Assembly: GCA_002245135.1 (NCBI GenBank)
Contig: NGBS01000920.1
Coordinates: forward strand, 1-52,519
Direction: 5' to 3'
DNA: 52,519 nucleotides
Source of the DNA: Proteromonas lacertae
Lineage: Eukaryota
A model generated the notes under the pieces. It searched no databases. It saw nothing but the letters and a program-made list of their open reading frames with translations, and was not told the DNA's origin. Positions 12,895 to 26,200 of this stretch are shown in pieces. Position 1 is the stretch's first letter, and each line of letters begins with the position of its first letter. The translations under genes were made by a program, and so were the position numbers.

Positions 12895-14341
12895 TTATAC
12901 TACTTTTTCAACACCCCTTGGTCCAATAATCAATTGTTTACCTGTAATTATGTAGAATTTATGATGAATAGTTCTATTTCTGTTTTCATCCTCATCATCT
13001 GGATTATCTTTTCTAGCATCAAAGTTACGGTTTGAACAATCTAATGTTATTTTTAAATCACTCGATAAATCTTTACCAGCTCTTAATTTTAATTCAGTTA
13101 ATCGATCAGTACTGAAATTTAGAACATCAAAAAATGTTTTGGGAAATGAATATATATTACATTTATCATATAATGTATTTTGAATAATATTTCTCATATA
13201 TTCCCAAGTTTGATATTTTGCAGGATATAAATAATCAGGTGTATAAACGAAATCATTTATTTGCCATCTTATTCTATCTTGATCTTGATCAAAAGGAATA
13301 GGATCTCTTTTATATGCATCATTATAATATGCTCTGTACAATATAAATTTAACATAACTTCCAATGCTACTATTAATACTGAAGTTATAGTTAAAAGTAT
13401 TACTACCTGGAATTGGATCTTTAGTGATTTGAACTATGTTAAAATCAGTAAAGTCAATAGGATGATGAGTTGAATAATTAATGGTATTAGCATTACATGT
13501 TGGATCTTTATTGTAACAAATGTAAAGTCTAGGATTAATAATTTTCATTCCTACATGCTGTTGCCATGAATTAATCCAAACAGAACCATTGCTATGATGA
13601 ATCCAATTCATTATAGGAGCAAATGTGAATTGAATATAAATGACTTCACCAAAATAAATATCATTCTTCAAAGCTAATATGGTATTATAGAAATCTGCAA
13701 AATGAAATCTACAGTATAGTTTTCCATGTAATATATCTTCTGTTGTTCCCATTTCTTCCCAATAATTCCAAACACCTCCATTTTGCATTTAAAGTAGAAT
13801 TAGAATTACATATAGTTGTTTCAGCTATTTTATTATTTCTAATGCGTAAGCCATCAAATAAATATTCATAATAATGATAATCTTTTATATCATAAGGATA
13901 TTGATTTGCAATTTGATGTGCTAAATCTCTATATTCGTTATAACTAGTATCAAGATCACATAACAATGTTCCTATTTTGTTGTATACTTTGATAGTTCCA
14001 AAATTCATTGAATTCTTTAAATTTATATGATCTAACATTTTACCACTAGTAGAATCAGTTGCAGGTGTAATAGGTAATTTCCAATTACCTGAATCTGCAG
14101 CAGCATGAGCTCTAGTTTGACCTGTAGTATAATCTAATATGAATTCAAAATAGCTTTTTGATAAGTTAACACAATTATCACCAGATATTTCAAATGTAAT
14201 TGAATCACTGTTTGAGTTTGTAGATAAAACAGTTTCATTTCTGCTTTGGTTAGGTGTAACTAAAATATGATTGTAGACAGGTATATAAGCTGGCACAATG
14301 CTTTCATGTTTTTGTGAATTAGGTACAGCAGTGATTGACAT
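12895..14341 (-). pseudogene. Major capsid protein (double jelly-roll expected), element A, one frameshift
   Basis: ORFs 13709-14341 and 12895-13788 join by a 1-nt shift in GCAAAATGG near 13783. Collinear with the intact 493-aa copy at 37800-39281 (FEISGDNCVNLSKSYFEF; FYNTILALKNDIYFGE; RWQINDFVYTPD). Lies between ATPase and minor capsid. Confidence 0.8.
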
Positions 14342-14395
14342 ATTTTATGTTATTTTTTAAAAATCAAAAAATGCTTAAAAATAGCAAGAAATTTA

Positions 14396-15367
14396 TTAAT
14401 ACAAAATAATCTCAAAATAAATAGGTAAGTTATTTAAATCAATTGCATAGCCATCTTGTTGAGAGACTGTTATCTTCATTCGTTGATATTCGTGATATTG
14501 CATCTTTTTAGCTGTCCATTCAATTTGTGGATTAGTGAATGTAGTATATTCTGCATTTATATCAGTTATAGGTATATTTGCTAAAACCATTGAATTCTCA
14601 CCACTATTAACCCAGTCACATCTAATTTGTATGAATGACGCCCATAGTAAAGAAGGCTGATTTGGTAACAATTTATAATAATATATAAAATCATTACTGA
14701 AATATGCATCACTTATATGATTTGCATGATAAATTGATATACTTTTATTTATTTCATCTAAGCCAAATAACTTATATGCTAAGTTAGGGAATTCTATAGT
14801 AAAGTCTGTAAAGTAATATTTTCCGAAATGAGTAATATAATTAAATTGTAACTTTAATCTATTTTCTGAAGTATTATCAAATTGAAGTACTTCTACTTGA
14901 TCATCTACTTTACGAAATGGAAATCTATTTGCAAAATCTTCATCAGGTAATGGTATTACTCCATTATCAAATGCATAAAAAGTAAAATCTAAGATATTTC
15001 TAGCAAAAAAATCTAATAATTCTTTTCCTGTATAATTTCTTTGAGGTATTTTAATATCAATAGTTCTATTATAAGGTCCATTTTGGTTTTCAGGTTTTGA
15101 CCATTCTTCACGATCTGTTATTTGTGTATTTCTGCAACTGTAATAAGTAAAATTAAAGAGTATATGATCATTTACTTCATCTTGTACTGTATAGAAGTTA
15201 TTTGGAATAACTGCAGTAATTAAACTCATATATTGATATTTTTCAGTTATAGTTGGAGTATTAATACATCTTGTCCATCTATTTGAAAATTTTGAATCAT
15301 AGTCTGATGTAGTTAAGAACAATGATCTTCTATTGCTTAAAACATTACTGCCATCTTTAGGTTGCAT
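14396..15367 (-). CDS. Minor capsid (penton-like) protein, element A
   Basis: SLITAVIPNNFYTV, IKIPQRNYT, VLANIPI, C-terminal QQDGYAIDLNNLPIYFEIILY. This pattern is typical of Polinton/virophage single jelly-roll minor capsids; three paralogues in the window. Confidence 0.82.
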   Translation of the reverse strand: MQPKDGSNVLSNRRSLFLTTSDYDSKFSNRWTRCINTPTITEKYQYMSLITAVIPNNFYTVQDEVNDHILFNFTYYSCRNTQITDREEWSKPENQNGPYNRTIDIKIPQRNYTGKELLDFFARNILDFTFYAFDNGVIPLPDEDFANRFPFRKVDDQVEVLQFDNTSENRLKLQFNYITHFGKYYFTDFTIEFPNLAYKLFGLDEINKSISIYHANHISDAYFSNDFIYYYKLLPNQPSLLWASFIQIRCDWVNSGENSMVLANIPITDINAEYTTFTNPQIEWTAKKMQYHEYQRMKITVSQQDGYAIDLNNLPIYFEIILY

Positions 15368-15444
15368 TATGTTTTATAATTGTTGAGAAATATTAAAATA
15401 TAATTTTATTTGAATTATTCTTTAATTTATATATTGATATATAT

Positions 15445-18243
15445 ATGCAACCACAACCTCAAGTTAACAATTCAAATGATGAAGAAGATGAACCAACAGA
15501 TGATGATTATGAATATGAAGAAGATGAAGATAATGTACCTATTGATATGAACAGAATAAGACATAGAAGAAGACATAGAAGGAATCAAGTCATACCATTT
15601 CAAGATATAAGCGAAGATGATTTGAATAACTATGTGAATCAAGAAGTGAAAAGATTTAACAAAGCATTAATCATTCAATATAGACTTTTTCCAATAGGTT
15701 GGCCAAATCATGAGTTTAATAGAATATATAATTTTTATGATGAACATATGAAAATGTTTAATTGGTGTAAGAATTTATTTGTAACAGGTCCTTTTGCGCA
15801 TGGTAAACCATTAGAAGCTTATAATCCAAAATTAACAGGAAATGAAAATTCTGCTAATGCAAGAGAATGTGGAATTTTTAAAACTCGTATAGCAGATGGT
15901 ATTGATAAATTGTGTATGGCATCTGATTTTATATTACAAAGAAATCCATTTGTTGTTTTACACCCAAAAGAAAGAATAGGTGTTACACAGCTTGAAAATA
16001 GAAGAATTAAAAAAACACATTATGAAATTGATGAAAGACATCCAGAACCAGAAAATGATTTTAACATAATGAATAATGAACATTATAATAGTGCAGCTGA
16101 AATAAGAGCAGAAAATGTTATACAAAATAGACATGATAATATGGTAAGAGGAGTATTAGTAAATGCAGACAATGGAAGTAATGATAATAACAATAATAAC
16201 AACAATGGAAATAATAACAATGATAATTATGAAAATAATAACAACAATGCAAATTATGATATAATTAGCTTTTGTGATTCTCTGAAAGATAAGTTAAAGT
16301 TTTATATAGGTCGTTTAATGAGAACTAAATTTTGGTATTTAACAAATCAAAAAGAAGTAACAGCTTATTCAATTGCATTAATCATATACAACTGTGTAAC
16401 TGATTTGTATATATTAGCTTTATATTATATACCAATATTAAAAGATAAGTTAAGTGGTAATTATCAAAATGATAATGAATATACTTTACCATATCATCCT
16501 GATAGAAGTAATTTTACGGGATTACCAGATGGTGATAATAGAACTGGATATAGATATAACTATTTAGCAACTATACAAAAAATATTATCAGAAGCTCATG
16601 TACCACAAGGACAAATCAATACAAATATATTTGCTAATCCTATAACTTTTAGAATGAATAGAGCTTTAGATACACAACTTAACCGTCAAATTAAACATAG
16701 AAGATCAGTTCCAGCTTATGTTGGAATGAATGTTGCAGATCATAGAAATTGGAGATATGTTGCACCAGCTAATTATCCTCCTGCTCATCCGTCAATTACT
16801 GCAGATTTGATTGATAGAAATGTTAATGCATTTTATAATGCATCACCTGCAAATAGTGATAGTGAAGATAATGATAATAATCCATCAAGTAGTGATACTG
16901 AAGAAGATTCAGACACTTATGATCTTGGTGATATGAGTAATCAAATACCACCGCCTCCTTTGCCACCAAGACCTATACCAGCAAGAACTATTCAACAACC
17001 ACCTCCACCTCCTCCTGTATTAAATGTATCTAGATCTAATGTAATTAGTTTAAGTAATCAATTTAATCCTCGTCATCTTATACCATCTGATAGATTTTCA
17101 TTTTTAGTACCAGATGATTTGCTTAATGCTATACCAAATCCAAATAGAGACTTTAATAAATCTCATAGATTTTTAGCTAATAGAGAAAATGGTGCAAAAA
17201 TAGGTGTAACTAGGATAATACAAGAGTTTTATACACAATTGCTAACAAATAATGGTAAAATCTATTCAATTGATGCATTTATACATAATCATAATCCACC
17301 TTGTACAATTGTAGATGAAAATTCAAGCAAGAGTTATATGTTCTTTACTGATTGGGTTAGAGAAGAAAACATCAATTTACCTTTATTACCTAGATCTAAA
17401 TATAATGCAACTGAAGTAAATGATATACCTCAAAATTACAGTAGTATCAATATGATGTTTTATGGATATGATTACAATAGAAATATATATTCATATACTG
17501 GTTTATTAGAATATTGGTTAAAGAATCATCGAGGAACACCATTTAATGAAAGACAAGCTAAGCAGGAAATATACATATATAATCCATGTATCAATATTCT
17601 ATCAGATGATGAAGAGGAAAATAAAAACATAAAAGTATTAATAGGTATGGATTATGATAAAAATTGGCCTAACGATAAAAAAATCAAATGTAAACAAATC
17701 AAAGTAATAGTATCTCAAGAAAGTGATAGAGCATGGTATGTAATAAGTGATCCAATGTTTGATTATATGTCATGCGATATACCAGGTGATGGAATTCACA
17801 AATTCTATAACTATCCATTCTTTGTTAAGATAGGAGATACAGTAGAATTGATAGTACCAGTATCTTTGAAAGATAATATTTATGTATTAAAAGATGCAAG
17901 ATTAGATGATAAAGATGAAAATAATTATTTAAAAATTGATGATTATATGAGAAATGCAAATCGAGATAGTATTAATCAAAGAGCTATTGATGATAGAGAA
18001 ACAGCTAAGCGTAGAATACAAGGTTTAGGTAAAAAGCGTAGAAGAAAAACACAATCATTAATGAAATTGTATACTAAATTGTTTACACACAATAATAAAA
18101 AGAAAAAGAATAAAAATTATATAGTTTTAAATTTTGATTCTAACATTTTAGCTCTTTTTTCTCCTTTTAATGAATTAAAATTTGTTGCTTGCACAAATGA
18201 TTTGTTATTTACTATGATATCAACTAAAAACAAAATTGCATGA
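15445..18243 (+). CDS. Large hypothetical protein (932 aa) between minor capsid and protease
   Basis: Long intact ORF with acidic, Asn-rich and Pro-rich linkers. Shares a helical segment with 46265-49501. The 3' end overlaps the protease, so the original stop may have been near 18110. Confidence 0.8.
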   Translation: MQPQPQVNNSNDEEDEPTDDDYEYEEDEDNVPIDMNRIRHRRRHRRNQVIPFQDISEDDLNNYVNQEVKRFNKALIIQYRLFPIGWPNHEFNRIYNFYDEHMKMFNWCKNLFVTGPFAHGKPLEAYNPKLTGNENSANARECGIFKTRIADGIDKLCMASDFILQRNPFVVLHPKERIGVTQLENRRIKKTHYEIDERHPEPENDFNIMNNEHYNSAAEIRAENVIQNRHDNMVRGVLVNADNGSNDNNNNNNNGNNNNDNYENNNNNANYDIISFCDSLKDKLKFYIGRLMRTKFWYLTNQKEVTAYSIALIIYNCVTDLYILALYYIPILKDKLSGNYQNDNEYTLPYHPDRSNFTGLPDGDNRTGYRYNYLATIQKILSEAHVPQGQINTNIFANPITFRMNRALDTQLNRQIKHRRSVPAYVGMNVADHRNWRYVAPANYPPAHPSITADLIDRNVNAFYNASPANSDSEDNDNNPSSSDTEEDSDTYDLGDMSNQIPPPPLPPRPIPARTIQQPPPPPPVLNVSRSNVISLSNQFNPRHLIPSDRFSFLVPDDLLNAIPNPNRDFNKSHRFLANRENGAKIGVTRIIQEFYTQLLTNNGKIYSIDAFIHNHNPPCTIVDENSSKSYMFFTDWVREENINLPLLPRSKYNATEVNDIPQNYSSINMMFYGYDYNRNIYSYTGLLEYWLKNHRGTPFNERQAKQEIYIYNPCINILSDDEEENKNIKVLIGMDYDKNWPNDKKIKCKQIKVIVSQESDRAWYVISDPMFDYMSCDIPGDGIHKFYNYPFFVKIGDTVELIVPVSLKDNIYVLKDARLDDKDENNYLKIDDYMRNANRDSINQRAIDDRETAKRRIQGLGKKRRRKTQSLMKLYTKLFTHNNKKKKNKNYIVLNFDSNILALFSPFNELKFVACTNDLLFTMISTKNKIA

Positions 18244-18677
18244 TAACCACATCTTACACTATCAACTCTTTGATTTTTAACTCTATTTATTTTAATCTTA
18301 TATTCATCATTAGGATATTATTTTAATTTTGTTAAATCTTTATAAAACTTTGTTATTTGTTTAGGTTTATCTCCAAAACTATCATAGTACATTATCCTCC
18401 TAGTATTATTGTTAACACATAAACTAACCCAATGACCTATTTTACTTACAGGATCTTTAGTTGTATTAGTACAAAGTATAACACACCAAACATTTTCATT
18501 TTTATATAGTTGACCTATTTTGCTTAGTTCATCCCATAGTATAACACCTTTAAAATATTTTAGTAGTCTAGGAAACATTTTTTTAATGATCTTTTCAATA
18601 TCAAAATTTGAGAGTGCATCTTCTTTATGTAAATCACCTGTACCTATATAGTCATTTGTGATATATCTTTTAAACAT
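18117..18677 (-). pseudogene. Adenain/Ulp1-like (clan CE) maturation cysteine protease, element A, one in-frame TAA
   Basis: IGHWVSL and YYDSFG in the ORF. Reading through the TAA at 18318-18320 gives KNQRVDSVRCGYHAILFL...KFKTI*, matching the B and C copies. Confidence 0.9.
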
Positions 18678-18714
18678 TATATAATTAATAACTATAAGAA
18701 TTTATTGAATATCA

Positions 18715-18734
18715 ATTCATTTGATAAATTCTTA
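18715..18734 (+). promoter_or_regulatory. Candidate promoter motif ATTCATTTGATAAATTCTTA
   Basis: Identical 20-mer at 19535-19554 and an 18/20 copy at 46232-46251. Each starts 33-56 nt upstream of a + strand ATG. Confidence 0.55.
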
Positions 18735-18770
18735 ACGTTTTTTAATATATATATTTATGTTATTTAATTA

Positions 18771-19514
18771 ATGGGTAAGTTTAAAGATTGGTTAAAAAAA
18801 TCTAAAATTCTATCTAGCGCAGCTAGTTTAATACCTTTTGCTGGACCAGCTATTAGTAACAGTATAGAGAATATGGGATATGGTAAGAGAAGGCGTAGAG
18901 GTAGGGTTGCAAGACATAGAGTTACTAGAATGTCACAATTTACACCTGATGGTAGATTCTTAGGTGATACTTCATCTATGACTGGTGGTGGAACTGTTAA
19001 GTTTAGGACAAAATCTGGTAAAGTTGTTTCATTTCATACTAGAAAACGGAAGGGAGCTGGTTTAGGTAGTTTGTTTAAGAAAGGATGGAATAAAATAAGA
19101 AAAATAGCTACAAAAGACAATATTACAAGAGGTATTGAGAAAGCTAAAGAGATAAATAACACTTTAAAAGATAAGAAATATATTAGTAATATATCAGGTA
19201 AGGTAGGTGACATTGCAACAAAATTAGGTTTTAATAAAGTTGGTGATATAGCAAATAATATAAGTTCCACTGCTAGTAACTATGGTTATGGAAAACGTAG
19301 AAGACATAGAGGCGGTAAAAGATTTGGACAAAATGGTGGACTTAGATTACCAATGAATGGTGGTAGTAAAATACGTAGTATAGCTATTACTAAACCTCCT
19401 AGCAATAGGCCTATTTTAAATGGATTAGCTAAACCTTGTGGATTTAACCATAGAGGTTTATACAATCCACAAAACAGTTTACAAAGCTTTTTAGCTTACA
19501 AGTTAACAACATAA
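18771..19514 (+). CDS. Basic core/membrane-lytic precursor protein (PX/pVI/pVII-like), element A
   Basis: Repeated GYG-KRRR, MTGG and MNGG sites, plus the amphipathic helix KGAG-LGSLFKKGWNKIRKIA. Confidence 0.7.
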   Translation: MGKFKDWLKKSKILSSAASLIPFAGPAISNSIENMGYGKRRRRGRVARHRVTRMSQFTPDGRFLGDTSSMTGGGTVKFRTKSGKVVSFHTRKRKGAGLGSLFKKGWNKIRKIATKDNITRGIEKAKEINNTLKDKKYISNISGKVGDIATKLGFNKVGDIANNISSTASNYGYGKRRRHRGGKRFGQNGGLRLPMNGGSKIRSIAITKPPSNRPILNGLAKPCGFNHRGLYNPQNSLQSFLAYKLTT

Positions 19515-19584
19515 ACTTTGTTATTGATTTTATTATTCATTTGATAAATTCTTATTGTTTTTTTATATATTTAATAATAACATA

Positions 19585-20046
19585 ATGTATAACAATCGTT
19601 ATAGCAGATACACTAGAGATTACTATGAAGATGATAGTGATTCATCTTCTGATGATGATTATTCATATGACACTCCACTAGCTAGAGATATGAGTAAAAC
19701 CGATAGACAGATTGCAGAATTGTTATATAACTTAAATCATAGTAATGATAGAGCTACTCCATAATCTAATTCTAAATTAAGTGAAGAGACTAGAAAGAAA
19801 AGAGCTGAAAATTTAGCCAAAGCAAGAGAAGCAAGAATGAGCAAATTAAAAAACAAACAAGATACAAGTAATATATATTTAGAGCAGCAGCAACAACAAC
19901 AACCACAAAAATCAAAATCAATTAGGTTACCAGGTGATAGTGATCCATTTGCACAAACAAAACAAAGTAATGGTAGTGGTTTAAAAATACCACCACCTAA
20001 TGCACCTATGCCTGGTGATAATGCTGTGATGCCAGTTTATTTTTAA
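19585..20046 (+). pseudogene. Acidic/basic virion-module protein, one in-frame TAA (19762-19764)
   Basis: ORFs 19555-19764 and 19837-20046 are in one frame. Homologous to 50592-51095 (DRQIAELLYNLN vs DLQILSQLQGLN; LAKAREAR vs LEKARKAK; PPNAP vs PKNAP). Confidence 0.7.
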
Positions 20047-20107
20047 TTAAAATTTATATTCATTAAATTCTTTATATATTTCAATATATATTTTTTGTTT
20101 ATATATT

Positions 20108-23100
20108 ATGTCAAAACCCAAAAATAAAAAGAGTTTAAAAGAAGCTTTAACTAAACAGTTATTGAAACGTATTAAAAGAAGAGCTAAAGTAAATCGATTT
20201 AACAAAGCTTTGAAAAAGAAAATAAGTAAATCAGTAGGTGTAAGAGTAAATGAAGAAAGTATTATGAGGAATAGAATGAGAGAAGCAGCTTATAGCAATT
20301 TCAATTTGGATCAAGTAGCAACGCAAAATGATTTGAAAATGTTACCAATTTTGTTAGCAGATAAATCATTAACAAAGGAAAAGAAATTAGCATTACAGAG
20401 TTATTATGATGCATTAAAAAGTGGACAAATAACAGCTAAAAACAGAGATTCATTTTTTGGTCCAGTTCAATCTGCACTATTAAAATCATTACCTTATGAT
20501 AGTTATAAAAGTGTGAATGATAATTTAGCTTATATCAAAAATGTTATGCCTGCTTTGCCTGGAGGAGGAAGTAGTTTGAATGGTGATTTAGCAGTTGCTA
20601 TTGCAAATGAATTAGCTAAACGGAGGCATCTCTAATCCATATAGCAGCTCTAAGATAGGAAGTGTACCACCTCCACCACCTCCACGTTTTGGAGGACCTC
20701 CTGGAGGATTTGGTAGTTATCCTCCCCCACCTCCTCCACCTGGTCCAGGAAGCTATATACCACCTCCTACTCCTAGTAGTAAATCTGGTAGTAGTGGTGG
20801 TACATCAATATTACCAGGATCATCACTTCCTCCACCTTCACCTCCATCATCATCAATGTCAGTTCCATCAGCTGCACCACCTTCACCTTCGCCTACGCCT
20901 TCACCTCCATCTTCGCCATCACCACCACCACCTGCTCCATCAGGACCACCTGCTCCAACAGGTCCATCTTCTGAAGAAATTAAATTACAGAAAAAACTAG
21001 ATGTTGTAACAAAAGAGGCTGATAAATATAGAAATATGATAACTGATATATTAAAAGAAAAAGATGAAGCTTAAGCTGCTTATAATAAATTTAAAGCAGA
21101 TACTGCAGCAGAGATAAAAAAGTTTAATAAAGAACATGCTGATGATAAAGCAGCACAACAACAGAATTATGATAATATGGTTAAAATAAAGCAAATGAAG
21201 CTGAAAGAATAAAAAATGAATTGAATCAAGCTAAATTAAAGTATGATAATGCAAATAAAAAATTGAATGCTTATGAAAAAGCAGAATTATCGTTACAAAA
21301 CAAAATAACTGATTTACAAAGTAAAGTAAATGATTTAAATGATCAAAATATGAAATATCAAAGTGATATATCTAATTTAGCTGCCAAAAATAATATTTAT
21401 CAAAATCAAATAAATGATTTAAATGAAATAATTAACTAGTCAAAATAAGGATTATTTAAATGAAATAGAAAAAATGAAAGTGAATATATCTTCATATCAG
21501 TCAGAAATACAAGGTTTAAAAACAACATTAACAGAAGCTAAAGGAAATGAACAAAAAAAGAAACTTTGAATATAATGATTTACTTAATGAATATAAAAAA
21601 TATAAAAAGGATCATGATCCTACTGGTGGTCATCAACTAACTGTTAATGAAAGAAAACAATTAAATGATTTAGAATTAGAATTAATAACTAAAAGAAGTG
21701 AATTAAACATAGCAGCACAAGAAAAAATAGCTCTGCAGAATAATTTAAAAACTCTTAGAAATGATAGAGATAATTAAATTACTGAAAATACTTCTTATAA
21801 GGATATGGTAGATTGTTTAAAACAACAAAAAGAAGAAATTAATAAATAATTCGAAAGTAACAAGATTCAATTAAACAATAAAGAAAATATTCTTGAAGAA
21901 TTTAAAATTAAGCATAAATTATATGCTCAGAAATATAATGAAGAAAGCTATCAAGAATTAAAGAGTTTATATGAAAAACAAATTAGAGAATTAAAACAAC
22001 AGAATGAGGAGTTGAAAAATGCAAATAATCAAAATAAAAGAGAATTAAATTTAGCACTAAATAATGCAGAAAGTCTCAAAACACAATATATACAAAGTTT
22101 AAATAAAAAAGATGAAGAATTAAAAGCATTAGAAGAAATCAAAAATAAAATTGTTAGTGATTATAATACATATAAAGAGGATTACCCATACAGTAAAGCT
22201 GAAGTACAACAAAATGTAACAAATTTAAATAGTAGAATAAATGAATTACAAAGAGAAAAAGAACAAAATTTAATTCAATATAATACAATAAATGATAAAT
22301 TGTCAATAAGAGAAAATGAAATGTTATCACTAAAAATGAATCATGAACAAGCTGAAAAAGATTTAACTAGTCTTCAAGAAAGCTATAATGCTATATCTGA
22401 GGAATTGCAAAATACTAGAGATAAAGATAAAACACAATTCAGCTGTAGAAGAAAATGCATTATTACAAAAAAATTAAATGAAACTTTATTAGTAGGTTAA
22501 CAGTCATTAAAAAATAAACAACATGAAATAGAATACATAAAGAATGAAGCAATCAAAGCTCTTAAAGGAAATGATGCAACTTATCAAAAAAACATGCAAC
22601 AATTATTAAAAAAAATGGAGGAAGAAAAATCAGTTTATGAAGCTCAGTTAGCAAGTGTAATGAATAATGCAAATAAACCTTCTTATAATGATTTAGGACT
22701 TGTACAATATCCCATGATGAATGATTTAATATACAATGAGCCAACTTTAGATTTAACAATACCAAATCCAGTTAATACAGATATAGTCAATCCTGACTTA
22801 TTACAGCGACCTAATAATATTGTTCCAGCTATTAATGAAGAATCAGATGACATTAACCTTCCGCCAAATAAAGAAAGTATTGATGATAAACTGAAAAGAA
22901 TAAACAAATACTTTGATAATTTGAAAGAATATAATGAAAAATATAGTAATAGACCAGAAGAACCTGTAAAATTAGATCCAAATACTTTAACTTATAATCA
23001 AGTGAGGAAGTTTATAGAGAGACGTAAGGCAATAATAAAAAATATAGAACGTAGTACAGTAAATAAAGATTTAGATATGAATAGAACTACTAATAGAATG

Positions 23101-23234
23101 AGAAGAAGAGAAAAGGTTAGAGAAAATATTATAAATTCAGTGAAAACAAGATTAAATAGAATGGCTCAAAATTTATAGTAACTGCAAATGTACCTCAATT
23201 TGTACCTCAATATGAAGAGGTGTCAGTATTTTAA
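20108..23234 (+). pseudogene. ~1000-aa protein (basic N-terminus, Pro/Gly-rich linker, long coiled coil), disrupted
   Basis: Consecutive ORFs join via in-frame TAAs (21072, 21775, 21847, 22498) and small shifts, mostly in A-runs (~20620, ~21185, ~21435, ~21555, ~23170). N-terminus resembles those of 51136+ and 31668-32201. Confidence 0.7.
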
Positions 23235-23267
23235 AAGAAAAATAAATATATAAGTATTAATTAATTA

Positions 23268-26200
23268 TTATTTTTTATATCCATATGGCAATGTATTGTA
23301 TTTATCAAAAAAATATCTTTTATCATCATAATAGGTTAAGCCAGTTTTGTTTTGTACTGTTGTATAAACATTATGATGTATTGATTTGATTTGACATACT
23401 TCATATTTTTGACTTTTACTAGCACCTTCAACAAAATCATTGTATATGTCATAAGTTATTTTTCTAGAAACTTTCACATTAATACCTTTACAACGATTGT
23501 CAGTATTTGTATTATTATCAGATTCATCATTCACTTTCTCCTTTTCGTATATATAACATTTTGATTTTAATCCTATAAACTTTGTTATAACATACAGGTT
23601 TTTATTATTCTTATCCTGCTCTTCAAATTTTAATCGATTCAATGTACCTGGATGAACAGCTCTATGTATATCTAACTTATATTTTTCTAAATAGGGATTT
23701 TTCAAATTACTTCCATCAATCCAATTATTAAAGATAGGATCCTCTAAGTCTTTAAAAATATCATTAGTTTCAACTGAGAAAAGTAAACTATCAGTATCAG
23801 TCATACATAGTGTTAGTTTATCAGAACCATATTTTTTATCTAATACATCATACCAATATTTTTGCATTTTGAGTTTAGACAGTGCTAAGATAACCATTCC
23901 AATTTGTATAGGTTTATTAATTTCATATAGCTTCTTATGAAAATGTGCAATTCTTAAATCACCTTCAATAATGATAAAGTCTTTAAACCATGGATCACTT
24001 GCAGCATTAATCATTTGGTCTTCATTAGTAATTAAAGAAATGTTACTTCTCTTTTCAACACGTTCCATAAATTTACCGTATAAACTATTCATTAATTTCT
24101 TTATATAGTCTGCAGTAGTATTTTGATTGTTTTCTTTAGCTTGAACTCTTTTTTGTACCATTGTATTAATATATTTACCCATATATAGACCTTCAGTAAA
24201 TCTCATTATTCTATACACTTTACCCACTTTATAGCCATGTTCAACTGCAAACTTCAAATTTTGGTAGTGTATTATATATTTTTCTTTAGGATACAAATCA
24301 GTTATTAATTTTTCAGTAGCATGGTAAGTGCCTCTTTCTTTATATATAATACCAAGATTTTCAGCTCTTTCAGTTTGTATATCAGATAACCATTCTTTAG
24401 GTATTTTCTTCCTTTCAGGTAGTAATGGGTATTCTTTAAACTTGTCTTGTAGTTCTATAGGTAATTCGATATCAACTTCCAATATATAACCAAAATCATT
24501 ATTCTCCAATCTATCTTGATCCATTTCTTCATAATATGGCAAATCAAGTATACTTTCTAATGTAATAGAATTTGGATCAATAAATTCAAAGTCATCTAAA
24601 GGCATTTTACAAGAAGCCATAACTGAAGGGTATAAAGAATTGTAGTCTTGATATAATAAGAATTTACTAGGTAAAGTTTCATCATAATTTTTCATAAATT
24701 TGTTATTTGCATCTTCCTTGCGCTTACCAATATATGATAATCCACCGTATAGACCATTCAATATAAAATCATAGTATTCAGGTTCACAAAATAATTTAAG
24801 TTCCACATCAGATACATGTAAGAATAGATCAAGTGATAAGCTGGGTAATGAAATATACCAACAAGGATCTATGTGAAAAGTATCAAATATATTATCTCTA
24901 AAATCATTAAATATAGACTGAAGGATATAAACATCAATTTTCAAGTAAAATAAATTGTATTCACGTATATTATCAAATCCAAATATTTGATTTACTTCCA
25001 TAGCAAAATCAAATTCTTCAGGTTTAATAGTTTCATTATCATTCAATTTAGACTTAAAATCATCTATAGTAAGATCTTTGAAATTTTCTTCAAAAGCTTC
25101 AAGAGATGTCATATGCTCATATGGAAAATAATTCTTTTGAAGTAAGTATTTTTCAATATTTTCATCATCTAGGTAATGTCCATTATATTCTTTAAAATTC
25201 TCATAAATTGTTTTGAATTTTTCTTTCTTAGTATTATTTAATTCTGCTGTAATTTTTAGATCATTAGTTAAATTTGCTAAAGAACCTGCTAAGAATAAAT
25301 AACTGTCAATAAACACCAAATTTTTGTATTGTATACACTTATAGTTTTCATCTGTATTAGGTATAATATTGAGCGGACTATTAGTTATTGCAGCAAATTT
25401 GGCTAATTCCTTTACTATGAAATGCTGGTCATATTTCATAGCATTGTGACCTATTATTGGTACTTTTAATTTTTTTATATCAATATTAAGATTCTCATTA
25501 CTACCAATTGAAGCAATATAATGGCCTGTGAAATGATCATGGTGAAGTACCTTTATATGATCAATAGAATTAAATGGTTTACCACAAAAGTCACATTTTC
25601 TCTTTTTATTATGTATATCCTTAGCTATTTCATCTCCATCAAAAGGTTTAGGATTAGCTAGTCTATAATTGTAAACTGTACATATTTGATCGTATATATT
25701 TAATATATCCAATACAAAATCATTTTCAATATTATGATCCTCATTTTGTTTATATTTAATCACAGTAAAACTATTTATATCTGGTATTTTACTATCTACA
25801 TAGATACAGTAGGAATAAAGCTTATGCCTAGCCATAATAGATTGCTCAGTTTTTGATAATTCTATTCTAGTATCATTATTATCTATTTCTTCCATAGATT
25901 TATATCTACTTAAATTCAATTCATTATCATATGGTACAAAATAAGTTTCAGTATCATAATACATAACAACTGGCAATGTTTGGAGGTGAGTCCAATGTCT
26001 AAATTTTAAGTATGATTTTTCTTTATCATCTTTATCAGGGAATAATCTTAATACATTCTCTTTATCTTGACAGTCATATATTTGGTGACTATTAAAGGAT
26101 CCATCATCGTAAGTATAGAAGAGACAATATGGACACACAAATATATTATTAGTATTATTCTTTTTATCTATCATTTTTCTAAATAGAGCAGGTAAGGTAT

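Larger units (their letters stand above)
9950..23234. mobile_element. Endogenous Polinton-like virus segment A (partly decayed; boundaries approximate)
   Basis: ATPase, MCP, minor capsid, adenain and core-protein module with scattered stops and frameshifts. No termini identified. Confidence 0.85.

Noticed and set aside
20662..21000. His/Leu-rich ORF and other short antisense or overlapping ORFs (e.g. 86-319, 4261-4650, 36562-36906, 38899-39213, 49631-49924)
   Set aside because: Shadow frames of Pro-rich or otherwise identified genes.
11785..23180. Programmed ribosomal frameshifting at the many 1-nt shifts in element A
   Set aside because: Shifts fall mostly in A-runs and are not shared by the B or C paralogues. 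Decay or long-read homopolymer error is more likely; read polishing would tell.
9940..23260. Canonical Polinton termini (AGT-repeat ends, near-identical TIRs, 5-6 bp TSD) for element A
   Set aside because: None could be found by eye; ends appear deleted or overwritten by neighbouring elements.
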